Below are positions 38,525-50,526 of a DNA stretch of 64,000 nt, piece after piece; position 1 is the first letter of the stretch, and every line of letters begins with the position of its first letter. The position numbers and the translations under genes are program-made. Source of the stretch: Utricularia gibba (taxonomy: Eukaryota > Plantae > Magnoliophyta); NCBI GenBank assembly GCA_002189035.1, contig CM007991.1, positions 2,170,001-2,234,000 on the forward strand, given 5' to 3'. The notes under the pieces are model-generated. The model did not search any database and was not told where the DNA came from. It saw nothing but the letters and a program-made list of their open reading frames with translations.

Positions 38525-41119
38525 TCATCCTCTGTTCATCGTCTCCGAGGGTGTAAACCGGCGATCTCCAGCTTCAGTGGACACCATTAAGAGTGGTTAA
38601 AGATGGGGTCCTGTTCTTGAGAATTCGAAGCTACAAAGAGCTACTGCAGGCCATACCACTGTCATCATCGGATAAGTCACCGAGCTGCGCAATGGCTTCC
38701 GTGAGGGCTTGTTCATGTTCCTGTTTCCAGAGTGTTTGATATACGGGTTGAATATTGGAAGCCAGAATGGAGTAACAAGTACCAAAGTGTGGGTCTGACC
38801 TTCAGCACCATGGTTGCTTTTTCTATCTCCATGGGATCCGGATGTTTAGCACTAAACACCTTCTCTACCTGAACAGAACAACAAAAAGGAGGGGAAATGA
38901 GAGATTACAGCTTCAGCCAGATCAACTACCGTGTCAGGGTATGAATTGCTGTACCTCCTTTATTAGAGTATCAGTGGGAAGCAACCGGATGTCAACACGG
39001 CCCTTCCTTCCGACGCCATTCTGTGATGATGGGAAGCCTTTCCTTGATTGACTCTTAGTCAATCCCCTCCCTGTCCCTGCACCTGGAGCGTTGTCTCGCC
39101 CAACAAGTCTATTCATTCCGGAGTAACCAAGGTGATGGAATATTCCGGGGTCTTCACCTTCCCACTGTATGTCCTCGGGAGAAATCTGAAAATTGATTCA
39201 TGGAAAGTTGTAAGTGCCATATGCAAGAAATTGCGTTTGCTGTAGGGATTATGAAGATTAAAGGACTATAGCAGCAAAGCGGAGCATAATGTAGGCTCAG
39301 CATGACTGTGTGGATTCTTCCAAAACAGACAATGAAACAACTGAAAGGATAAGTCTATTGACTTTGAAGGGCATAAAAATGACAAGTTGAAAACATGGAA
39401 ACCAAGAGAAACCAACTAAGCACCATGCAGCATAACGATATTTTGGTATCAGGAAGAACATCATGGATGAACAAAAAATGAGATCCTAACAGGATTCAGA
39501 AAAGACGTGCAAACAAGGTATATATGTAAGAAAGATATCCAATTTATCACCTTTCTTGCATTATATAGTAAATATATACCTCAGAAAGGTTGACCCATTC
39601 CCAGGTCTCGTTAAGAGTACCCATATCATAGACAAGGGCATGTCTCCCCTGGAAAGGCATCACAAATAATTTAGGCATCAACTGAAAATGCACACAAAAA
39701 TTACAAATATTGAATTTAAACTTACTTCCACGTGATTATAATCAGTAATAACAGCCTCATAAAAATTATTATCATCAGGCCACCTGGTTCTCACTTTTCG
39801 CCCAATCAAAGGATCGAATGGAGCTCCTTCTACACGTTTGGTTGTAAAACCTCCAGCGGAAACCCGATCCCTAAATTGACCTCTTCCAGATGGAGCAGTG
39901 GTATAATGCATTTTTGCAGAAGATGCCGCCATCTGCATCTTTGCAGTAGTGACAGATAAAAAAATCAACAAAAAGCAACGTGGCATGTGAAACTTCGATG
40001 CCAAAGTTTGAACCTACAGGTTTTTGCCTTTTCACTTTTGCGTCCATCAAGGGACCATGCTTCCCAGTCGATGATGATGGCTGATTTGCTGCAGAAATAG
40101 CCTGCGGACGAAAAGATGGTGGAACACCAAAAGATTGAGAAGGTAGAGATGGAGCTATCTTCTGTTTTTTACGAGGCACTGAGATAGAAGGACTGGGCAA
40201 AGGATCGTGGGCAGTTTGGCTGCCACCACGCAATCCAGATTGATGTCCACATGACTGTCTCCACTCCCTGGTAGGAATTCCCATGTTTGCATAACCCAGA
40301 AGAAAACAGGAGCGAATCATTTAGTCCTTTTAACACAATGAACCAGAATTAGTAATCAATAATGATTGTGCACACAAAACCTTATCATTCGAACTTCTTC
40401 ATCAGTATTAACCCTACTGAGAAGTTCCCTGTGTTCTTCGTTTGATAACTGCAACTCCTTCCTAAGCTCAGTAATTAAATTTTCCTTGTCCTGAAACAAA
40501 TCCATTCATTTTTCAATGAACATGCTAAAACATATTAGTGTTAACAAGCTCAGTGCATTAAGAAGTACCCAGGAAATAGCATCAGCTTGAGCTTTAAAAG
40601 CTCTTAATATGGAGCAGTATGCTTCTTGCTCAAGTTGATGAATCCTGGCTTCCATATCAGTCTCATCATGAATTCTTGAAAACGGCATTGAGCCTAAAGC
40701 TGCAGGCCTCCCATTCCTAGAAACCCTGCCCCCACCCGACACTCTATTTTTATGTGGTGCGGGCAAATCATCATCAGTTCCTGAAGCCATATCGAAAAGA
40801 TCAAATGAAACTGAATATAGAAAATATCTGCCATAAACTTACCCATCAAAACATTCAATGTCTCCTCATCATTCTGCACACTCTATGAGAGGATGATTTC
40901 AAAGGCTACATTGCTAACAATACGGAAAAAGATTTCCCAAGTTCAAGAACTAACAAACAAACTCAAAAGACGCAACTTCACTGTCATTACGCAGCCGGCA
41001 ACTAAAACGCCATTACATGAGCAGCTTAAGAAAAGCTAGCCCTAAAATCGGAAAAAATCCTAAAGCTAAGCGAGAAAAAAAAAAAACTCACCACTACTGT
41101 CGTAGGCCTCGTAGTCCAT
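38525..41119 (-). CDS. EML: EMSY-like protein (ENT domain + Agenet/Tudor-like domain)
   Basis: [16 protein letters not shown]; [52 protein letters not shown]; Agenet [24 protein letters not shown]...HALVYD...TWEWVNL; C-terminal [13 protein letters not shown]. Confidence 0.93.
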
Positions 41120-41552
41120 AGCCAGCTTCCCGAAACTGAATTCGTGACTCCTCGAAGCTCTCAGCTATGAAACCCGGCGAAAATGCTCGTGCAATTGGGA
41201 AATTTGTCAAACGCCCGCGCTGCGAACTGTATGATCACAAAGTTGATTTTCACAAACTGCGAGGGTTTGAAAGTATGAGACTTTTTTTTTTTTTACGTTT
41301 TTCTCAACAAGAAATTCACCACTTTTTAAGAAAATAATAAGATTTAAATTATTAAATATACTCCAAAATATTTCTCCACCAGCATTTCAGATATGATACA
41401 GCCACTGGAGGTTTGATTACAAATGGAATGGGTGTGATGCAGCGATCATCAGCAGTCAGCAAAACACCAGAAAGAAAGATGTAGTGAATCAACAAGGAGA
41501 ACAATCACCTTTCCACACAAAGAATATGTTGTTTTTCCACCCACAGCCTGAA

Positions 41553-43886
41553 TCAAAAGCCAGCCCATCCAGAAGGTTGAGCATTTTTAATTCATCAATG
41601 GATCCAGTTGATTTCGAGCTGGGAGAGGGAGCTACCTTGAAAATCCCATTTTCAAACTCCCAGGAACTCCAAGCTGGCCATTGCTGAGAAGTTCCTGATT
41701 ATTTAGTTGAGTGGTTTTTGTTCCAAGAGATGTGGGAGCATTGTTTGTTGGGACAGTAGGCTTGCATCATCAACAGCGGCATGCCACTGGTTAGAGCTTG
41801 AGCTAGGAGATGCTGCATTGAAGAAAGCCGGTTGAAGTTCCAAGATGGTTCCTCGAATCTTGTCGTTCTCCTTCATGAAAAATGAAAACGTTAAGGAGAG
41901 GAAATCAGTAGTTAAATAAGGGATCAGACAGCGAAGATGGTGGTACCAAAGGAGTTCCAAACGATTGGCTCCCTGTAGATGCTCTCAAGAAATCCCTCCT
42001 ACTCTGTGGTGAGGGGTGTCTTGCAGCCCGAGCATGCTTGAGATCCCATATTTAGAGCTCATATCTGCCTTCTCAGCAGTCACATTTGCAAACTCCTTCG
42101 TGAGCCTTTTTACCTCGTTTTCCAAAACGATTTTCTTCCCTGGATTCCGAAGGTTGCTGATAGGTCTCTGCTTCTTGCCATCAAATTCCAGAACATGCAC
42201 ATTTGAAGCATCATTCCTAAAGCAGGCACTGTATCTGATTTTAACTGTTTTCTGCCTTCAGCTTGCCATTGAGATCTAAAGGAAACAGGTTAAAGTATTT
42301 CGATGACAGATCACTTGGCCTATCGACTGAGCAACCCACCGAGTTTTTCCTTACGGATTTATGCACAATGTAATGTAAAGAAATACCTGCAAAAACTTCA
42401 CTCTTGGTTTCTGAAGTTTCAGGAGGCCTATCAGGTAATGCCTACTGCGGTTTCTGGTAAAAGATCATTAACACGAAACCATACCTATAAACCAAACAAG
42501 ATAGTTAATAGCTAACATTTGGGCCAAACTGCCAAGACGTCTGCTTAGTCTGCTATGGCCATGAAATTCTATAACCAAGCTAAGTTGGGGATGAAAGGCC
42601 AATCAAGCAAAATGCTTGCCTGCGTGATGTCTGGTTGATGATCAGGGGAAGGTTGGAGCATATCTCAAATAAGATCTGTCAGAGACTGATTGTACTGTGG
42701 TAAGTCTGGGATTTGATCATTCCCATTCAGAACCTGCAGCTTTGATTCCCCATCAAATGCCAAGTTCAAGTAGCATATTCGGTAAAACAGACACCCGAGT
42801 GCCTGAAGCAAACTTTCTCATCAACGTGGAAGGCAGAATAATCAACCCATTACCCAAATATCTACTTTCTCGTTTATAGGTCCGAAACAGATCCCACATC
42901 TATCGTCGTATGTAGGAGAACAATTAAAAATGACACCGTTCGAGAGGATGATGACAGGCTTGTGAGCGAATCAACCAGGTACCTCAGGTGCTCTGTATGC
43001 AGCCGTATGTTTCCTTATGATGTCTCCTCAATCCCCATTTCTTCAGGCTTCCCAAACCGTTTATGGTTGGTGGGAGTGCTACCAAAATCACACAAGTTCC
43101 ACAAACCATCATGACCCCACAGAAGATTCTCAGCCTTCAAGTCTCCGTACAATGCAAAAAAAAAAAAAAGAGAGAAACGGAGAAGATATAGACAGTGAAT
43201 TGCGCATTGAAAAACTTCCGGTTGGAAAACGGGTATCCCAGTTCCTTAAACAGAGAGCCAGTAAAGCTAGGCAACTTAAGTTCTAAATAGGATATGCATC
43301 GTCAAATTGAAGCAAAACGAAGAAGACGAAATCTAACATACAACAAGAAGCACGAAACGTGACTGTTTAGAAATAAAGCTCATCCGTATCATGTAAAGCA
43401 TCGAGGACTCATTACCAGTACGAGGGCATTCTTCTCCTCAACAAACCCCCTCCTTTTCCATCAAGCACGTGAACAAGTGATTTCTCACAATATTCCATAC
43501 GAAGTAAAGCATCCTTGCTACGACCCATATCGAAAATAGCATGAGCATGAAGATAGATGATATTAAGATGCCCTAGTCGCATTTTTCCTGAAGAAATCTC
43601 TTCATCAGTGGCTCAAGTGCTTCTAAATCATTACAGACAATATGCACATCAATCTCCCACAATTCATTCTTTTCGACAAACAGTAAAACCTGACACATCC
43701 AGGATAAGTAAGTCAACCTGCGTGATTTCCGATCCGATGTACGACCCAATTCTTGCCCTAACGAGATCCGTGAAATGCTGGTGCTGCGTGATCATTTCAC
43801 GGATTCGTAGCTTGCGAGGAGGGAAAAGCAATGAGCGCAGTCCTGGCTGGCTACTTCGCATTATGGGCTTCAACGCCTTCCTTCAT
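41553..43886 (-). pseudogene. Decayed NAK-family (AAK1/BIKE-like) Ser/Thr kinase pseudogene
   Basis: Colinear fragments HIVCNDLEALE, GHLNIIYLHAH..DMGR, MEYCEKSL, DLKAENLL, (C)DFGST, AYRAPE|MWDL, INEKVDIW|ALGC, AFDGESKLQVLNG and terminal QPSGWAGF*. There are multiple frameshifts, an in-frame TGA at 42665-42667 (LI*DML), and no recognisable Gly-rich loop. Confidence 0.8.
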
Positions 43887-44388
43887 TCGGGCCCAGGAAG
43901 CTGCCAGATTTGGGCTTCAATTTTCCTAATTATAATTTATTTCCAAAATTGACTATTTTTGGAACCCTAAGATTTGGTTGGATATTTTAGGACAAGTCCC
44001 TTGTCCCCTATGCCAGACAATAGGACGGGCCCCGCAATAGATATTTTTTATTATTAATTAATTAATTAATTATGTTTTTAAGGTTGTCCTAATCAAAACA
44101 GATGTATCGGATTATGGCCTTCATTAGTCAAATATCAAGGTTGCCAAAGTATTATGGGATACCGCTTCCAATAGGGAAATAATAAATTAATTATTTTTAA
44201 ATATTTATATTTATTTAATATTTTTGAATGTATCTTTTTGTTTTTGTTTTGAATACCGATGTGGGATTTGGACCACAAGCAGCCCATCGCGATCGATAAA
44301 TACACACGAATTCTCCCGCCATTTGTCTTGTTAATCCCGCGAGCGAGAGCCCCCACGCTACTTCCAATACTTCCTTCCATCACGCAGT

Positions 44389-46584
44389 ATGCAGATTCCG
44401 GTGATCGATCTTCAGCCCTACTTGGATTTCTTAGCCTCTGATGGCGGCGAGATCCACGCCGGCCTGAGGAGCTTGTGCGATGAAGTCAGCCGAACCCTCC
44501 GGGAGACGGGGGCGCTGCTCGTCAAGGACCCGCGCTGCAGTGTCCAGGATAACGATCGATTTCTTGATATGATGGAGAAGTACTTTGAAATGCCTGAGGA
44601 TTTTAAGCGCGGCCAGGAGCGACCCAAGTTGCATTATCAGGTTCTTTCAATTTTTGATTTTGGTTTGGTCCGAGATCTCGTCTCGAGATCGGGAATCAAG
44701 CCTTGAATTCTTTTTGTTTCTGGTGCATTGTAAACTTGAACGCTTTTCAAAGACGATGTTTTTTCGGTAACTCCATGGTTTTATCGTCTTTTACATCATT
44801 CAAGTTTCAATGCTTAAGTCTTTTGTTTAATTTCGGAATGGCCAAGATTTGGAGACATAGCTAAGGATGTTGTGTATTAATTATAAACTAACTCTACGTT
44901 TGGGGATCCCAACAATGGGGTCTGTGGTGGAATTAGATTATGGGCATTTTCTAGCCAAAATGGCGCGCAACTGGCTGAGTTGATATATGCTGGCACAGGT
45001 TGGCGTGACACCTGAAGGAGTAGAACTACCTCGTAGTTTGGTTGATGAAGAAATGCAAGAGAATTTCAAAGCTATGCCTATTGAGTTCCAGCCAGCCACT
45101 CCAACGGGAGCGGACCCAAAGTGGCGATACATGTGGAGAGCAGGTCCACGACCATCAGATACCCGATTTAAGGTCAAACATGTTACGTGCTGGATGAATG
45201 ATGCTAAGGCTTTCCATATGCTAAAATGCTTCTTTGTTTTCGCAGGAGCTAAATTCAGAGCCTGTCATTCCTGACGGGTTCCCTGAATGGAAGGATACTA
45301 TGGACTTATGGGGGTATAAAATGATATCTGCTGTTGAGGTTAACATCAGACTTATTTGCTCCTTCCTCTGAGTTACTGGCGATTGGTTCTCATGATCTGC
45401 CTCTTTGTCAGGTGGTTGCTGAAATGGCTGCTGTTGGCTTCGGCTTGCAAAGAGATGCTTTCACATCTTTAATGAAGCAGGTTAATTTCCATAAGACTGC
45501 TTAAGAACACTTCATTTGATGTTGTGTAACATGTTTTCAAGAAAGAAAGAAAGGAGAAGACATGCTATGATGTCTCTGCCTGAACCAATGAAAGTGTGAT
45601 TGTATTTTGCCTTGTGACTATCATGTAGATGACATTGCAAGTGGGAATTTCTGTCAATTCTTTCCCTGGCTCTGTTCTAGATCTATTCCTGAGTATTTTC
45701 ATTGTACCACTACATCGTGTTGCTGCTTAGCCCCCAAATATTTACTACATCATTTAACTTGTTTTCAGGGACCACACCTACTAGCTCCAACAGGAAGTGA
45801 TCTGAAACGTCATGGTCGATTAGGCTTGGTTTTCGCAGGATATCACTATGACCTAAACTTCCTTACAATTCATGGAAGGAGCAGGTTCCCTGGACTAAAT
45901 ATATGGCTGAGGGATGGTAAGAAAATGGAAGTCAAGGTGCCTGTAGGGTGTCTCCTTATTCAAGCTGGAAAACAGGTATGGTAGTATACTCTCACTCATA
46001 TCACTGCTAGAAAGATTTTTTTGTGTGTGGGGGATCACTATGATTGTCATATTCATCTTTATACCGGTTGCTTATCATCTGTCATCCAATGCTCTAAGTC
46101 AATAAAGGCAGCCAGAGGCATCACAGTGTTTTTCTATGCAGATAGAGTGGTTGACTGCTGGTGAATGCATGGCTGGAATGCATGAAGTTGTTGTGACAGA
46201 CCGCACAATTAACGCCATAAACCTTGCTTCGGAAAACAACCGCAGCTTATGGAGAGTATCCTCCACGGTTAGTCCAAATCGTCATTCTGCTGTGTTTAAG
46301 GTCAAGGATGTGGATAAAATGGATCTTCATGATCAAAGAAAAATAACGCCAAATGGCATTTTGTCTTTTAATATACATTTGTTCTCTTGATACTTTTTAG
46401 TTTACCTCTGTATCTCATTTTTATGTAGCTTTTTGCCCACATAGCATCAGATGCAATCCTGAAGCCTTTAGGCCACTTTAAAGACTCACCTCAGGCTGAC
46501 AAATATCCTCCTACTTATGCTGGAGAGTTCGTAGAACAGGAGTTGTCTGTCATTAATCTGAAGGGAAGCAAAAAAAACAGCTGA
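44389..46584 (+). CDS. 2-oxoglutarate/Fe(II)-dependent dioxygenase-like protein (isopenicillin N synthase-like fold), 7 exons
   Basis: IPVIDL start; DPKWRYMWR; Fe-binding HYD (AGYHYDLNFLTIHGRSRFPGL) and distal His (GMHEVVV); WRVSST. Exons are in phase. Confidence 0.88.
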
Positions 46585-47160
46585 AATTAGCTTCGGCGGT
46601 AGCATCATTACCCCAAAATTGTTACTTCAATTTGTCCCATATGTTTCACATGTTTGTTTACCAAAGGTTGGTTCAACCAACGGCGTCTGGAAACATTATA
46701 GGTTCCTCCTGGTGTGTTTCCTGCTGTGCCAATAGTAATAATGTTTTCTGATCTTGTTCGAATCAATTTATGTTTCAAGCTTCTCATTCCCATTAAATAT
46801 GCATAAAGAATGCGTCTTCTGTAGTTTACTGTAAAACTGCTTGGCTTCCAGTGATCACGCAAAGGGTTCTGTAATCGAAGAAAAGCAAAGGTGTGGGGGT
46901 GCCTCTTAGCACTTTACATAAAAATAGGCCATGAAATACATATAGTTTGTATACACCATCTTACATAAGGATCTACAAATTTGAGAACACTGCAGAGAGC
47001 TTGACTGCTAATATAATCCTTTTCATCTATTTTTCTAGATGCCAAAACGCGCATGCTGTATTTGTGTGTGTGTTTGTGTTTGCTCCATGGGTAGATCAAA
47101 ATGCAAAGTCAGCAGGTATTGTGGAGCAGCATTATTTGCAATCACCATTTGTTCTAAGAT

Positions 47161-48773
47161 CTATATTTGATTGCTGGTTGCTCGGGGTTGCGACGAGCAG
47201 ATGCAGTTGACCTTTGTCTCTGTAAGCGTCTGAAGAAGAAGCAATGAGTGTTTGCGAAAGGAGACGCAAAATTGCAGTGTGGAGTAGAAGGTGAAGAGCA
47301 GGTTTGGTACCTGAACTTGCCTCTGAAGATCTTTTATGTACTGAACTGCCAAATCCAGCATATCAGCTGTACTTGTTTGCTGCAGTAAAGGAAAATTGTA
47401 AGTACTTGATTTCACAAGATACGTGTTCGATCCTGAACTGCATCTTCAGGAGAATCTGTGCCATTTAGAGAACTAGAGATAGGGATATTCACCTTGTCTA
47501 TATTAGGAAAAAGTTGCTGCAACTTCTTCATCTTTTCACTGATTCTTGTTCTTCTCATCTACCAGTTTTGAACTCTAAATTACACATCTCTACAGCTGAA
47601 TATGTCAGGAAAGAAGAAGACGTTTTACCCTTTCAGCTATGCTTCTGGGATGAGTTGCACATCCTCTTTTCGCCCGTATCTGGCAGGGAACAACGTCCGG
47701 TTCGAACTGCAGAAATCCGAGTTTCTCGGCTTCTCCATGAACCAAAACGGTCGAACTCTTCAGAGTTTCCCCACTCTGCTTAACAGAATGAAATCAAGCA
47801 ACGACATGAGTCTACTGAAGGGCTGAGATGAAAAGAACAAGTAGCTGCTTTGCTTACCTGATCGTGAAGTCCACTGAAGGTGGAGAACACCTTGGGATGA
47901 CCATCATGATCCCTTTTCAAGTCATTGAAACCGGCTCCATACTCCTCGTTCCTTGACTGTAAACTCTCACAAAGGTAAACGCTTGTGTTTTCAAGTATGC
48001 TGGGCATGATTCTTGAGCTCGAAATCGAAGGACTGGAGGAGATGTTAATATCACTAGCTGATGAATTGCCTCTGTGAGCACTGTAGTTCCCCATCGCTCC
48101 AAATCCTGATGCATAGAAAGATACACAGTGTTCTTTATCCAACCAATCCATTACAAAGAAACGCTATTCGGAAAACACAAAAATTGTGATCCTGTACAGA
48201 AAACCAATCCAAAACATCAGTGAAACAGTCAAATCTTTTTAGTCACGTGCCAGAAGGCAACATCTTTCCTCAACTAGACAAGTGAAACATCTCAAAATTT
48301 GCACTCAAAAGTCATAATCATAGTAAGCCAAAAAGTTAAACCATACCAGTAAAAAGTCCAGCAGGGGAACTACTCTGCCTCAGAAGTCCTGATCCATTGA
48401 CCCCTACCGAATAAGATCCATTGGCTCCACCGCCAGCTACTCCGTTGAAGAACATGGCGCCACTTCCCGGTGTCCCGGATTCAGTCCTGATTTCCTGCTT
48501 CATGTAAGAAGAATCATCACCGCCCTTGTGGTCCAGATCACGGGACCCATTCCAAAACGCAGAAAAAAGAGCTTCGGATTCATCTCCGCTGCTGCTGTTG
48601 GTATTCGAATCGACAACTGCAGCAAGCAACGAGCTCGGCGCCGATCGATACCGAGCCAGACCCGGACTCTGGTGCAAAACTTGCGACTCCATCAACTGCT
48701 TCTGGTCGACAAAACCGGAACCAAGAAAGCAGCTACTTCTATTGACGCTTATCTCAGCCTCAGACATGAACAT
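47161..48773 (-). CDS. bHLH transcription factor of the FBH/AKS (bHLH122/128/130) group, 6 exons
   Basis: LARYRSAPSS and LLRQSSSPAG motifs; VPCQIRAKRGCATHPRSIAER|MRRTRISEKMKKLQQLFPNIDK|QTSTADMLDLAVQYIKDLQ. Confidence 0.92.
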
Positions 48774-50103
48774 GTTGCTTTATAAACTCAAACACGGCGG
48801 GAGAGCGGAGATTCAAAGATCACCCAGAAGCAGCATACTCAAAGGAAAAAGAAAGAAAAAGATCTAGTTGTTGCTATTTCAGGAAGAGGGAGAATTTCGC
48901 AAATGACAAAAAGGCAAAATACCTGGGACCAGATCGATCGCATTGACGAAACTACCCCTACACGTCATCCTAAAAATGGATTCTCAATTCCCAATCGATA
49001 ACCATCTGACTCGTGAAACGAACCCCGAAGAGGAAACCACGTGCCCCTACTCCATTTGCCATTTCTGGATTAGGGTTTCAGAGACAAAAACATTTGTGCG
49101 TTGTCTCCCCCCCCAGAGTGATCATCCTTAAAATAGAATAAACCTGCTGCCATCCACGCGTAATTAATTTCCTTAATCTCGCTTTTTCCCAAGTCAACAC
49201 GCCCTAATTGTGGCCATTAAGTACCTGAGCTGTGCCGAAAACCCGAATAAAAACAAATTTGGAAAGTGGTCCCGTAGGGGTTGTCGCCACGCGGCACACG
49301 AAATTACCATCGTGCCCTTACCTGGATTAACAGTGCAACACGACAATAACCTACTAATTTATCGGGACTTGTTCAATTCATCCCGTAATCGAACGTGATT
49401 GGTCGGGTCGCAATGATAGGGGCATCCTACGTCATAGCATGCTGACGTGTGCAGGTAACCGTGGCCCTCGTTCCTACACGTGCTTTTATTTTTAGCAAGT
49501 ACAGGACCAGCTGAAATAAAGAGGGAGTAAGCACTCCGTAGGTGAAATCAAAATGGGAGCACCTGTCCGGAAGCTGGCTGGCTGGCTGGAGTTAGACTTC
49601 ACCTGAGATCTGAGTTCTCCCTCGGGGATCTTTGCGACTGTCACTAGCGAGAAGAGTTCCTGGTTCGCATCTTCCTCGTCATTGCGCTTTCGAGCAATGC
49701 GGATGCGGATGCGGATGCGTCTTGGAACGCTGCGGATTCCACGGCTCCATCTATGCTTGTTCAGCTTCACATGGAACTTCCTGATCTCCTTTATGGCTTT
49801 GGGGCCTTCTTCTTGAAGGTACCGGTACTACATTTTCATTAGAATATGGAGTCAGGGAATAAGGATGGATGCCAACAGACAGCCACAACTAACACAGCAC
49901 ATTTCGCTCACAACACCCGCAGAGATTCGGCGTCAACAAAAAGGATTTGGTTCCATTTCTAAGAAGAGCATCGTCAGTGCATCCTACGACGATCGGATTC
50001 AGAATTCTCAATTCTGACTCTATCTTAGAGTCAATTTTGACAGAGCATTTGATCAAGAGCTCTAGATGCGAAACCATTGGATTCAGAATTCTAAATCAAA
50101 CAT

Positions 50104-50526
50104 TGTTGAGAGCTCGAACAATGTTGATGAATTGAGGAGGACTTTGGAGAGTATTTTGGAAAGCTTGTGAACACGTTGTTGTGGGGTTTAGGGTTTAGTT
50201 GTAGAGAGTAAACTAGCCGTTGTCATGTCGTTTAGTTGCTGCCAGACATCTTCTCCATATGGCTTCTTGGGCAGGTCTTGTTTCACATGGGTTGTTGAGC
50301 TGGTCTGCAATATAGATGGGCTTCGACACTGGCTTCTTAACACTTCTGGATTCTTGAGTCAGGAACCTGGGGTCTATCTTATCTTCGGCCTCGTCTCCTT
50401 CACTCAGCAGGCACTCCTCTTCCTGTTCTCCTTTCTCTCGCGACATCATCAATCCATCTCGTAATTCATCGGCTTGGTACTCTGTAATCTTCGACCGCTT
50501 CTTTTCTTCTCCATCATTCACCAACA
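50104..50526 (-). repeat. 3' LTR of the copia element
   Basis: 423 bp, TGTTG...CAACA; 416/423 identical to 55170-55592. Confidence 0.97.

Noticed and set aside
50104-50526. Heat-shock elements in the LTR (ONSEN-like heat activation)
   Set aside because: No contiguous nGAAnnTTCn arrays were found by eye.
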